Part shown: positions 33,255 to 43,890 of the stretch, one piece after another
Numbering within the stretch: the first letter of the stretch is position 1
Layout of the letters: every line of letters begins with the position of its first letter
Assembly: GCA_051599415.1 (NCBI GenBank)
Contig: AP039698.1
Span: 248,001 to 312,000, forward strand
Source of the DNA: Savitreella phatthalungensis
Lineage: Eukaryota
Reading direction: 5' to 3'
Length of the DNA: 64,000 nucleotides
Made by a program: the position numbers and the translations under genes
The notes under the pieces: model-generated
What the model saw: only the letters and a program-made list of their open reading frames with translations
What the model was told of the DNA's origin: nothing
Databases searched by the model: none

Positions 33255-36200
33255 TTACGTCTGTGAAAGGGCGAGTCCCAACTTGGTTTCTCCAAAGCTG
33301 AACTCTGACATGTCTTGTGTGAACGGATGGCGCAAGAGTGCGTCGGCCGTCGGCCGATCTGCCGGATCTATGCCGAAGCACTGGTTGAGAAAGTCTCGCG
33401 CATCGTCCGAAAGCAGAGGCTCGACGTCTTCTGGGATCGGTGGCGGAACACCCTTGCCTAGCGTGTACAGCACAGCGATGGCCTCCTCATTCGACCACGG
33501 TCGTCGACCGGCAAACATCTCAAGCACCACGCATCCCAGAGACCAGATATCAATCTTGGCACTGTAACCTTGCTTGCGCGTCTGGATTACCTCGGGTGCC
33601 ATCCAGAAAATTGTGCCCTGCATCGACATATTGGCGTCGTTGCCGTAAACGTCTCGACTCCGTTTCGAGATACCAAAGTCGGAGATCTTGCAGGTACCAT
33701 CAAGATCCAGCAGCAGGTTGTCAGCCTTGAGATCGCGGTGCAAGATGTTGAGGTCGTGCAGATAGCGTAATCCGAGCAAGGTCTGACGTGTCAATGATCG
33801 AATCACATCCACTTCGAACTTGCCATGACGTCGCAAACAGCCACCCACAGAGCCGCCCGGAACGTATTCCAGAAAGATGCTCACCTGCTCTGCCGTGCGC
33901 TCGTATCCGAGGTACTGCACGATGTTGACGTGATCGAGGTCACGCATGGTTTCAATCTCGGCGTTCAAGGTCTCGACCAGCGACTGTTGCTCGTCTCTCG
34001 CGTCTGTGGCGGCTGCTTGTCGAGGTAGATCGACCTGCTTGACCGCGAGCATCTCACCAGTCTCTGCATTCATCGCAAGGAAGACGCGCCCGTATGTGCC
34101 CTTGCCAATCAGCTCACCTTTGATCCATCTAAATGTGGGCGTGCGCTTGACCTGCTGTTGCTGTTGCTGCTGTTGCGGCTGCTGCTGCTGAGGTGGCGTT
34201 TGTTGTTGTTCGCTGGCCTGACCCTGTGAGTCTTCTGGCAACACGCCTCGCGCAAGCGCCTTCGGCGTCACTTCGATCGCCCGCTGGCCCCAAACTTTGG
34301 TCGACCTACGTTTGAGTCGATTAGCAGCCTGAATGCCCCGGGCTACAGCGCGAAACTTCTTTCGAGCGTCATTCGCCTCGCTAGCGACTACTCGGATGCT
34401 TTTCATGCGCGATGCTAATTTCGGTGCAGCCGAGACGTTCCCGCTTTCGTCGGAGAAGGCGCTCGGGCTTCTACCAGGAATAATTGGCTTGTCGAGATCG
34501 TGGTTCGGGAAAAAGTCCTGAAGGTTCTCGTACAATGCCTCTGCTGCCGGACGAACTGCCCAGACGTCTTGACGTGCAAATGACTTGCTTCTCTGCAAGC
34601 CGTCCTTGCTCCATTTCTTCGCGGGGACATCGTCAGTGACATCTGTCTGCGAGCCACTTCTCGGTGTCTCCACGCGGGTGTCTTTGGAGGACTGCGAGGC
34701 TGAACGCCGGGCTTTTGGTTTCCGCATGCTTTGATATTTGACTCGACTCGTGGAATCCCTGCCTGATTGCGATTCGAGCTGACGTTGCTGTGATGAGTCG
34801 GACTCAGTTGGCTTGACTGCCCAGAGGGCTTTAGCGGCCGCGCCCTCATCTTCATCAGACGAGTCCAGTGTAGGAGCATCTTCGAAAGAAAATGTAGACG
34901 ACTGCGAATTGATAGTCGACTCGCCGGCTGCATCGAGCGAGGACATTGTGGATGTGCCGGGCTGCAGCCTGGAGCTTTCGGCGGTCCTTTCGAGGTGTAA
35001 GGCAGCTGCGACTGTCTGACGATGGGCTGCTGCGGAAATGTCTTGAACCGGAACAGCCGCAGAGGCGGCCGCGGTAGAATCTGAGACAGGCGCAGGTGTA
35101 GCTCTTGAGGTGGATGGCGGCTTCGGCGCAATTCTCTGCGCACGCAGGCTCGACGAGGCAGAGAGCTTGACCTTTCGACTCCCTGAACTTAAACTCTCAT
35201 AGGGAGAACTTCTTGGTTGGTCGAAATTGATCTCACCTTGTCGTCGAAGTACCTTAAAGCGGTCGTCGGTGCCGATTGGCTGTGTTGCAGTCTCACTCGT
35301 AGTCGACGTGGATCGCCGAACTTCTGAGGTGCCCATTTCGACGCGCGGCGCCAGGAAGAACTTCGTGGTTCCTACAGAGTCCGCCCGCGTGCAGTAACGT
35401 GAGAGGTCATTCTCCGTAAGGACTTGCCCAAGCTTCTTTTCACCAATCTCTGTGGCGAAAAAATCTGCATGCATAGGCGGCAGCCCGAGTTTACGACAGA
35501 TGTGCTCCCTGCATTCCTCCAATTTATCAAACTCCGAGATGTCGATGGCGATGAACCACTCGTGATCTCGGGTGACCTGCACGATGCGCCGGCGAGGTTG
35601 CGGATCGCCGGAGCCAGGAAATCCAACAAGTTCGCGCACGTATTCACTCGAATTTCGGCGAAGCGACTCGAGAGTGGGAATATCAGCGGAGCGCGATTTG
35701 CGATGAGAACGCTTCAATGCCGTGGATCTGTCAAGTTTGGGGTCGGGGACCGGGCGATCTTTGAGGTGCGTTCCCTCATCAGCGACTTGCAAATCCGCCT
35801 CTGACGCAAGCGACATCGTCGAATCATTGAATCGTTCCGTAGACCACGGATTGCGTTTCGTGTGGGATTCTGCTGGTGGAGTTCTCGTGAATGCACTCGC
35901 GGCATCGTTTCCTGTAATCAAGGCATGGCCAGGGTCTTGCTTTTCGAGCAATTTGCGAATGGCGTTGCAAAGTCTCGCTGGGGCATCTGATCCGTGTACA
36001 GTGGCGGGCGTCACTTTTCTCACATTCAAGTAGGACGTGAGTTGTAAAAATCCGTCGCCTTCTACACCACGCTGAGCGAACGTTTCTTGCCAATCCTGAC
36101 CGAAGCCGTTGTTCTGCAGCCAAGCTTGCACGCGCTCGCGTGTCCAATTTTCGCCAAGGTTCGGGTCGAACTGGAGATCTGGCGAGGCTGCAGAAATCGG

Positions 36201-36806
36201 CCTTGTATTGGCATGTATAGGAGCGTGCGAATGACGTGAGATGGCTGGAGAAGTGAGCGCTGCGCTGATGCGCCTAGCATGGTCCCGGCGGTCGACAGGA
36301 GCAGGTGAGTTTGGCGAGTCCGAGAAACTCGGAGACGACAATCCGGGATTCGCTGGTGCAGGCGAAATCAACGTTGGAGAAGTAACAGTGCCAGTTCTCT
36401 GACGCGCATCGAGTTGTTGTCTGACAGCCTTCCAGTGTGCCACGCTTGCATCTACCGATGGAGGGCTCTGTCTCGAGAGAGGGGACGAAGCCTGCTGAGA
36501 ATTTTGTGTTGCGATCGACCCTCGGGAAGTGCCTGCTGGCGTACCGCCAACAGCCGCCGCCGCATTAGCCGCTGCTGCGATTTGTGATCCTACCAGCTGT
36601 GCAGCAGCACTGGTGTCGAGCTTGACATCGGCCGGATCCGAAACGATACGTTCCTGTCGTGTTCTGAATTTACGTGCCCCGGGACTGGTTGGTTGCCCTG
36701 ATCTTAGGGACGGATACGGTGAGCCATTCTTCTGTGGACCTGATGCGAGCTCTTGCTCGAGCGCAGATACGTCGTCGATGTTCGAGGGTATCCCGCTGAA
36801 ATCCAT
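33255..36806 (-). CDS. BCK1: Cell-wall-integrity MAP kinase kinase kinase (Bck1/Mkh1-like)
   Basis: Kinase motifs GELIGKGTYGRV, AVKQV, HRDLKADN, DFG, WMAPE. Bck1-type WAVRPAAEALYENLQDFFPNHDLDKPII. N-terminal SAM-like WTRERVQAWLQNNGF. First ATG at 36806; possible 5' UTR intron 36808-36865. Confidence 0.93.
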   Translation of the reverse strand: MDFSGIPSNIDDVSALEQELASGPQKNGSPYPSLRSGQPTSPGARKFRTRQERIVSDPADVKLDTSAAAQLVGSQIAAAANAAAAVGGTPAGTSRGSIATQNSQQASSPLSRQSPPSVDASVAHWKAVRQQLDARQRTGTVTSPTLISPAPANPGLSSPSFSDSPNSPAPVDRRDHARRISAALTSPAISRHSHAPIHANTRPISAASPDLQFDPNLGENWTRERVQAWLQNNGFGQDWQETFAQRGVEGDGFLQLTSYLNVRKVTPATVHGSDAPARLCNAIRKLLEKQDPGHALITGNDAASAFTRTPPAESHTKRNPWSTERFNDSTMSLASEADLQVADEGTHLKDRPVPDPKLDRSTALKRSHRKSRSADIPTLESLRRNSSEYVRELVGFPGSGDPQPRRRIVQVTRDHEWFIAIDISEFDKLEECREHICRKLGLPPMHADFFATEIGEKKLGQVLTENDLSRYCTRADSVGTTKFFLAPRVEMGTSEVRRSTSTTSETATQPIGTDDRFKVLRRQGEINFDQPRSSPYESLSSGSRKVKLSASSSLRAQRIAPKPPSTSRATPAPVSDSTAAASAAVPVQDISAAAHRQTVAAALHLERTAESSRLQPGTSTMSSLDAAGESTINSQSSTFSFEDAPTLDSSDEDEGAAAKALWAVKPTESDSSQQRQLESQSGRDSTSRVKYQSMRKPKARRSASQSSKDTRVETPRSGSQTDVTDDVPAKKWSKDGLQRSKSFARQDVWAVRPAAEALYENLQDFFPNHDLDKPIIPGRSPSAFSDESGNVSAAPKLASRMKSIRVVASEANDARKKFRAVARGIQAANRLKRRSTKVWGQRAIEVTPKALARGVLPEDSQGQASEQQQTPPQQQQPQQQQQQQQVKRTPTFRWIKGELIGKGTYGRVFLAMNAETGEMLAVKQVDLPRQAAATDARDEQQSLVETLNAEIETMRDLDHVNIVQYLGYERTAEQVSIFLEYVPGGSVGGCLRRHGKFEVDVIRSLTRQTLLGLRYLHDLNILHRDLKADNLLLDLDGTCKISDFGISKRSRDVYGNDANMSMQGTIFWMAPEVIQTRKQGYSAKIDIWSLGCVVLEMFAGRRPWSNEEAIAVLYTLGKGVPPPIPEDVEPLLSDDARDFLNQCFGIDPADRPTADALLRHPFTQDMSEFSFGETKLGLALSQT

Positions 36807-37543
36807 CCTATAGTCCGTCACTAGGCCATGTCTGTCTTTTCAAGTCGAAAGCGCGGGCTGCATACCTGGGATTCTCCGTGGACGTCACTGCGCGCGGGTC
36901 AGGCACCTGAACTCGACTTGAATCGTCCTGTGCTAGCTGATCGAATCTTATACAGACTCTGAAGATCAAAGTTTACAGAGATGTAATGGATGATGTACTG
37001 CTGATATGTTGCATGCAGCAGTCAGACTGTGCCCTGTGCCCGTGTGTCTATTGAACCGGCCGTGTCTGCATATTACGTAGGTAACATATGGTAAGGAAAA
37101 GTGAGATGAGGATGATGCGTGATTGAATTGTCTGTGAGTCGTCGATACGCCTCTGTATCACAGAGACGCCCGTTGTACTGTACTTGATAAATCTGGCGCA
37201 AGTTAGATTGAGTCAATGCATATACACACATATATATACACACGTACACGTACGTACTTGACTATAGCCAGCAGCACAGTCAGTCAATGCGTAGGCAGAT
37301 AAACAACTGAGCTGTATCCATCGCAGTCAACGTTACCTGACATTCTCCGCAGTCTGAACGGCTCTCAGGTTGTTGTTTATGCCGGTCTGATTCTGGGAGC
37401 AACGTATCGAAGCGTCCATCGCTCGATCAGCCCTCGCACGGGGCTCACAGGTCTTCCATTCTAAGCTCAAGCTTTTCCACCCAAGTTCATCACAAAGATA
37501 GCAGTCGGTGGAGACACTTGTCTATTCTGATCCAAACACCGCC

Positions 37544-40500
37544 ATGAACTCCACGGTGAACTCGGTGGACTCGAGATCAGCAGCTGACACGCTTCTTGAC
37601 GGCACACTGAAGCTCATTTCGCAGTGCCAAGCCTTCTTCTGGATTACCAGAGATTTGTTACGCACAATCATCTCAAGCACGCTCATACTCCGGCTCAATT
37701 TTTTTACCCTTCTTTTGCTGACGCTCGCGCTCGGTCTGTTTGCATGGCACACCGTCCGAACACGCTATCTCAAAAACTATGCAAAGCTCTCTGCTGCACC
37801 CATTCCTCGTGAGCAACCAGCAGACCTCCTCTTCCCAGAGACAATCAAGCTAGATACTAAGCCAGGTCTTCACAACTATCTTGATGATTTCCTCAGCGCC
37901 ATCAAAGTCTTTGGATACCTCGAGCGTCCAGTCTTTCAAGAGCTGACCAGACACATGTACACGAAAAAGGTACTCGCTGGAGAGACGCTAAATCTGGAAG
38001 ACGAGCAGTCATTCTGTCTCCTCATCGATGGTCATGTCCAGGTCTTCTCCAGGCAAGAGAAGCCCGGTGGCAACAGTAATGTCGCGACCACCAGTGAAGA
38101 CGGTTCGGACGCTTACAGGCTCTTGACGGATGTTCGCAATGGCGCACCCCTATCTTCCATGTTCACCATCCTTTCACTCTTCACAGAGGACATCAAGCTC
38201 CGGCAAAAAGCAGAAGAGGCTGCTGCAGATTCGCCGCAACATCAGCAACCGACGAACCACTTCAAAAGCGAAGTGGATGTGCAACAGCTACCTGAGCCAC
38301 ACACACCTGATACCATCCGCATGTCCCCAGTCGTACGCGGCGTTGCAGATTCACCGCGCATGCACATAGCAGACAAGCAGGGCTTGCTACTTGAGCGTCC
38401 GAGTGCTCGCGCACGTAAATCGACCAGCAACCTGTCTGAAGTGCCACACTTTCCGCTTTTGAACCCGCCGGCGGCGAAGAAGCGCAGATCGGTTCATCCT
38501 GGAATTGTCGCCCGTGCAACAATTGATTCGACCATCGCGGTCATCCCGGCTGAAGCTTTCCGACGTCTGACACGGATATACCCTAAAGCCGCTGCACATA
38601 TTGTGCAAGTGATCATGACGCGTTACCAACGGGTGACCTTCGCAATCGGTCACAACTATCTTGGACTGACGGCTGAGATCCTCAGCACGGAGAAGTCAAT
38701 GAATGACCTGACATCGTACGAGCTGCCAAACTTTGTACGAGCCTCTAGCATGGAGAGCATGAAGGACAAGCTACAAAGGGCAGCTGTCACATCACGCGAC
38801 GGCGCCGCAAATCATGGTGATGCCGTCGTCGTCTCATCGCCCGCTCCGAGGCGAGCCGGACGCGACTTCAAAGGTGGTGCAAGCGGCAAATCGAGGCGAC
38901 AGCTGCTTAGGCCACTCGGAACACTACGAGAGGTCGATGCAACTTCGGACGCAGTGGAGACTGACACGGCAAGCGATAGTGGTAAAAGCAAGCTCGCCGC
39001 GAGTGATGCCGAGGACCGTGCTTTCCGGGATAGTGTCCTTCATTGCATCTTCAGATCCCTCGGTCTCGAACAACATGGTCAGACGCAGCAGCTGAAGAGT
39101 AATCCAGGTAGCGTCGAGCAGTCGCCTCGACTTGCGCCACAAGACCATCAATCACAAAAAGCCTCCCGGAGCAACTTTGGTAACGCTATCAGCAACATGA
39201 TGTTCGACCTGAACGCCCTCGGCGCTGGTGGCAGTGAGGTCGAAAGCGAAAGCGCCTTTACCTCAAACTCAGTGGAAGGTATCGATATCGATCTCGACAA
39301 CGATCTGGAGATTGTTCACTATGTGCGCGATTCCGTGCTTGTGGAGACTCAGGAGAGCAGTCCTGGCCTGTTCTACGTGATCGATGGATTTTTGGAGGTC
39401 GGAGTAGTGGAAAAATCTGCGCCACTGGTGACCACGCTCGGACCGGAGCACAACTCACAAGATCGAACTGATGAGACTATCAACCCTTTCGACGAAGAAT
39501 TCGGCGACGACAGTGGCGAAGCCTCAGGCGAGAGGTTTTGCAGCCTCTACACGGTCAAACCTGGCGGCATCGCCGGCTATCAAGCAGGCCTGGGCAATCA
39601 TCGGTCCTTCGTCGATATTCGCGCCAAGACTGACGTTCTAGTCGGCTTCTTGCCTCGCGCTAGTTTGGAACGCATCATGGAGCAGCGACCTGTGGTGCTC
39701 CTCACAATGGCCAAGAGGCTGATCAGCTTGCTTTCGCCACTGATTCTTCACCTCGATTTCGCTCTAGGCTGGATGCAGATCGAGGGCGGCCAGACACTCT
39801 ACAAGCAAAATGACGAAGCCGACTCAATCTATGTAGTGCTGAATGGTCGCGTCAGAGGCATACGGCAACGTTCTTCCGACGAGACTGATCTTGAGGTCTC
39901 GGGCGAATTCGGTAACGGAGAAAGCGTGGGAGAGCTCGAGGTTCTAACAGATTCGACCCGACCGTTCACTCTGAATGCCGTTCGCGAGACAGAGCTTGCT
40001 CGTTTCCCCAAAGAGCTTTTCCAATCACTGGCGATGGAGCATCCAGCTATCACGATGAAGATCTCGAAGCTGATGGCACGCCGCATGTTTGGCCTACTGC
40101 AAGGACGATCGGCATCTGATGACGTCCAGTCAGGTCAAATATTCAAAACGTCCAGCAACCTGCGAACAATTGCCATCTTGCCAATGTCGCAGGATGTCCC
40201 GCTAAGTGACTTTGCCACGAGATTATCGCATGGATTGCTTGAACTGAACTCATCGGTGGCAATGCTCGACCACGCGGCCATTCTATCGCATCTTGGCCGA
40301 CACGCATTCAGCCGCATCGGCAAGCTCCGTCTCGCTGGTCATCTTGCGGACCTGGAGGAGCGCTTCGATAAGCTCCTATACGTGGCCGACTCGCCTGCTA
40401 GCTCGGCCTGGTCACAAACATGCGTGAGTCAAGCAGATTGCATCTTGCTCGTTGGTCTCGCAAGCAGTGATTCTGCCATCAGTGAGTACGAAAAGCTCGT

Positions 40501-41848
40501 CCTTTCACTCAAAACCACGGCACGCAAAGAGCTCGTCTTGCTTCACAGCGAAAGAGGCGTCGTACAGGGACTGTCTCGCGCTTGGCTGAAAGATCGAAAA
40601 TGGCTCAATGCACATCATCACCTGGAGATGGACACTATCAGTCCACTCCCTTCTGCTCGCCCGCGTGCGGCGCTCCGCACATTGACGACCATCAAACGCA
40701 AAATAAAGAACGTACAATCGGAATTGTCACGATACGCCGCTGTGGCGAAAGGACAAAGCCCTGATGCAAGCTCCCAGCATCCGTCTCACTCACACGATCC
40801 TCGATCGGTCAAGAACGACTATGCCCGACTAGCACGAAGAATATGCGGTCAATCGATCGGACTCGTCCTAGGCGGAGGTGGCGCTCGTGGTCTAGCTCAT
40901 ATTGGTGTCCTCAAAGCGATCGAGGAAGCCGGCATCCCGGTCGATATTGTGGGTGGGACGTCGATCGGCTCTTTTATTGGCGGCTTGTACGCGCTCGATG
41001 GCGACATTGTGCCAATGTTTGGCCGCGCAAAGCGCTTCAGTAGCCGGATGGCTGGTCTGTGGCGCTTCGCCCTCGATTTGACCTATCCTACTGTCTCTTA
41101 CACCAGCGGACACGAGTTCAATCGAGGCATTTGGAAGGCATTTGGACAAGCTCAGATCGAGGACTTCTGGCTGCCGTACTTTGCAAACTCGACCAACATC
41201 ACACACAGTCGAATGGACTTCCACATGACAGGGTACGCATGGCGCTACATCAGAGCATCCATGTCGCTCGCTGGACTCGTGCCACCGATGGAAGACAACG
41301 GCGACATGCTCTGCGATGGAGGGTATGTGGACAATCTGCCAGTGGCAAAGATGCGCAGTCTGGGGGCTCGCTACATCTTCGCTGTCGACGTAGGCAGCGT
41401 CGACGAAAAGAGTGTCATGGCATACGGAGACACTCTGTCCGGATTCTGGGCGGTGTTGAATCGGTGGAATCCGTTTAGCACGCATCCGAACATTCCAACC
41501 CTGACGGATATTCAGTCACGTCTCGCGTATTCTGCATCTGTGCCAGCGCTGGAAAAGGCAAAGAAGATGGCCGACTGCCACTATATGCGGCCGCCGATCG
41601 CAGAGTATGGCACACTCGAGTTTGGCAAGTTTGATGAGATCTACCAAGTTGGATACGAGTATGGCAAGGAGTTCCTCCGCAAGGCGATCGAGGAAGGCAG
41701 GTTCGACAACCTACCCGTGCGCATCATCACGACGGGCACAAAATCCGGCTCGGGACCTCGAAGGCAAAAGCCGTCTCGACGCAACTCGAGGCCATCTACG
41801 TCGGCTCCAGATGTGGCGCTCGTGCGAGAGCGACGTAATAGTCTATGA
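37544..41848 (+). CDS. NTE1: Lysophospholipase NTE1 (cNMP-binding domains + patatin domain)
   Basis: N-terminal TM segment, YLDDFLSAIKVFGYLERPVF, cNMP-binding segments, patatin GGGGARG, GTSIG and DGG. ATG at 37544. Confidence 0.97.
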   Translation: MNSTVNSVDSRSAADTLLDGTLKLISQCQAFFWITRDLLRTIISSTLILRLNFFTLLLLTLALGLFAWHTVRTRYLKNYAKLSAAPIPREQPADLLFPETIKLDTKPGLHNYLDDFLSAIKVFGYLERPVFQELTRHMYTKKVLAGETLNLEDEQSFCLLIDGHVQVFSRQEKPGGNSNVATTSEDGSDAYRLLTDVRNGAPLSSMFTILSLFTEDIKLRQKAEEAAADSPQHQQPTNHFKSEVDVQQLPEPHTPDTIRMSPVVRGVADSPRMHIADKQGLLLERPSARARKSTSNLSEVPHFPLLNPPAAKKRRSVHPGIVARATIDSTIAVIPAEAFRRLTRIYPKAAAHIVQVIMTRYQRVTFAIGHNYLGLTAEILSTEKSMNDLTSYELPNFVRASSMESMKDKLQRAAVTSRDGAANHGDAVVVSSPAPRRAGRDFKGGASGKSRRQLLRPLGTLREVDATSDAVETDTASDSGKSKLAASDAEDRAFRDSVLHCIFRSLGLEQHGQTQQLKSNPGSVEQSPRLAPQDHQSQKASRSNFGNAISNMMFDLNALGAGGSEVESESAFTSNSVEGIDIDLDNDLEIVHYVRDSVLVETQESSPGLFYVIDGFLEVGVVEKSAPLVTTLGPEHNSQDRTDETINPFDEEFGDDSGEASGERFCSLYTVKPGGIAGYQAGLGNHRSFVDIRAKTDVLVGFLPRASLERIMEQRPVVLLTMAKRLISLLSPLILHLDFALGWMQIEGGQTLYKQNDEADSIYVVLNGRVRGIRQRSSDETDLEVSGEFGNGESVGELEVLTDSTRPFTLNAVRETELARFPKELFQSLAMEHPAITMKISKLMARRMFGLLQGRSASDDVQSGQIFKTSSNLRTIAILPMSQDVPLSDFATRLSHGLLELNSSVAMLDHAAILSHLGRHAFSRIGKLRLAGHLADLEERFDKLLYVADSPASSAWSQTCVSQADCILLVGLASSDSAISEYEKLVLSLKTTARKELVLLHSERGVVQGLSRAWLKDRKWLNAHHHLEMDTISPLPSARPRAALRTLTTIKRKIKNVQSELSRYAAVAKGQSPDASSQHPSHSHDPRSVKNDYARLARRICGQSIGLVLGGGGARGLAHIGVLKAIEEAGIPVDIVGGTSIGSFIGGLYALDGDIVPMFGRAKRFSSRMAGLWRFALDLTYPTVSYTSGHEFNRGIWKAFGQAQIEDFWLPYFANSTNITHSRMDFHMTGYAWRYIRASMSLAGLVPPMEDNGDMLCDGGYVDNLPVAKMRSLGARYIFAVDVGSVDEKSVMAYGDTLSGFWAVLNRWNPFSTHPNIPTLTDIQSRLAYSASVPALEKAKKMADCHYMRPPIAEYGTLEFGKFDEIYQVGYEYGKEFLRKAIEEGRFDNLPVRIITTGTKSGSGPRRQKPSRRNSRPSTSAPDVALVRERRNSL

Positions 41849-42372
41849 CCCTGCCTAGGGCCGGTAGTCGAGTTCCGCCTGTAATGAATGTGAATTTATG
41901 AGCTGTAATCCCACTGCCAGTAAGATTCGTTGCTCTCGTCCAGGCTAGAGCTTCAAGCAGCCCCCACCCATCGTTCCGAGGACCGATGGCAAGAAGGCAG
42001 CAAAAGGGTAAAGATGGCAAAAAAAGAAGAACTGCAGTACCAGGACTTCCCACCTGGTCTCCCACGGCAGTACTATTCCGGCGCTGCGCTGGTTATCTTT
42101 GGTGATCGGACGGGAACCAGATCTTTCAGCGCGCTATGACCGCAGATAAAGATTCGCAAATGATTACAAACCATATAGCGTTGAAAAATGGTTTATCTGC
42201 TCCCCTCATGAGCTTAACTCTAAATCAGTCTCCGAAATAAACTCAAACTGAATTGTGCATCTTCAGGAATTCAGATAGAGCACAGTTCAGTCGATTAAAC
42301 GCAAATGTGTTCAGTGACTTCACCCATATCTCGCCCAGGAAAAACCATCACCATCGAGGTCTCAAGAGCTTA

Positions 42373-43877
42373 ATGCAGTGGCCAGCAAGCGTTTCGTTCT
42401 GCGACGGGGACGTGCCAACGATTGCTGTGATTGGGGCCGGTGCAGCAGGCGCTGCGACTGCTTACTACCTCAACGAGGAATGCGCCAGCCGCTTTGGAGC
42501 ACCAGTGCAGACCCACGTGTTCGAGCGCTCTGACATCATCGGCGGACGCGTCAAGTCTATCACAATTGACGGCCAGGTCATAGAACTTGGAGCTAGCATG
42601 TGAGCACCGCTGATTCTTGAGAATCCGCCCGCAATCAGCTGACCGTCCAGCTTTGTCGACGCCAACACCAATCTGATAGACGCGGTCAAGACCTTCAATC
42701 TGTCATTCGCCGATGACGGACCAGCCAATAGACTAGCCATGTATGTCTGTGCGTTGTCGCCGGCGTGAAATTCTGCTGACCATGGGATAGCTGGGATGGC
42801 GAAGATTACGTCTTCCGTCAGAATATGGCAGACGCTGATTGCAGCTTTAGGTCGCCATGGGCTTGTCGAGATGCAATCCGACTTGTGTGGAAATATGGCT
42901 ACTCAGTCTATCGGGCCAGTCGCCACGTGTCATTCATGGTAGATCGCTTTAGAGTGCTGTATTCACATCTCGGATGGCACAACACAACGCGTGCTGTCGA
43001 ACAGGTTGGGTTGCTGGACTACACCTCTCAAACAGGTACTCAGTCATTTGCTACTCAAGCCGGTGTGAGTGATCGATATATTCACGACGTTGTGGCTGCT
43101 GGCACTAGAGTCAACTACGCGCAATCCCCGGATGATCTGCACGCAGTCATGACGGCCGTCGGCTTTTTCGCGGACACAAGCCATGCCGTCAAAGGTGGCA
43201 ATGCGCGGATCTTACAGCACATGCTTAACCATTCGAATGTTTCACTTTCCACCCCTGTAGAACGGCTAGAGCGTCGCGGTAATTGCTGGCAGGTTGGTTC
43301 ACGCAACACGACTCGGAAATTTGACGCGGTCGTCCTTGCGACGCCCTTTCACTCATCAAATATCACAATTGATGGACAACTCAATTTGCCACTTGCGATT
43401 GAATATGTCCATCTCTATGTGACCATTATATACACGTCGTCAAAACTAAGCCCACAGCGCTTCGGCGAGGACCCACCAGAAGTCATTCTGACAACGGACG
43501 ATGAGCAACGCTTCCAATCGATCTCGCGCGTTGCTCAAGGACCTCGCGGTGACATCTACAAGATCTTCAGTTTGCACAATCTGGTCAATGACGAGCTGTC
43601 CGAGTTTTTCGACCGCAGCGGCATGACTCACCAGATTGTCAGGCAGCAGTGGGACGCGTATCCTCGAGGTCGACCGACTGATACCTTTGACCCGGTCGAG
43701 CTTGGGAGAAATCTGTTCTATGCCAATGGTTTCGAGCGTTTTGTGAGCCTTCACTAGCAACATCGTCATGTGTTGTCATGTCGCTGACTTCAGTAGATCT
43801 CAACGATGGAAACACAGACATTGGCAGGACGAAACATTGCCACGCTTATAAGTCAGCGCTTTGGATGTCGGCTATGA
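42373..43877 (+). CDS. Prenylcysteine oxidase/lyase family flavoprotein, three introns (start uncertain)
   Basis: IAVIGAGAAG, FERSDIIGGR, IELGAS/IFV, IWDG, TRVNYAQ, VKGGNARI, WDAYP, F/ISTMET. Introns 42600-42650, 42741-42790 and 43743-43796. Stop TGA at 43875-43877. Confidence 0.85.
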
Positions 43878-43890
43878 GCTGACTGGAACC

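Noticed and set aside
41901..41915. GCTGTAATCCCA resembling the 5' Alu motif of SRP RNA
   Set aside because: I could not find a convincing helix 8 SRP54-binding motif or long helix 5 downstream. The region is kept only as a generic ncRNA candidate.
17450..43877. Possible lipid or secondary-metabolite gene cluster (FAS pair, NTE1, flavoprotein)
   Set aside because: Interrupted by eIF3e and BCK1. There is no PKS/NRPS, tailoring enzyme set, transporter or cluster regulator, and all genes look like ordinary housekeeping orthologs.
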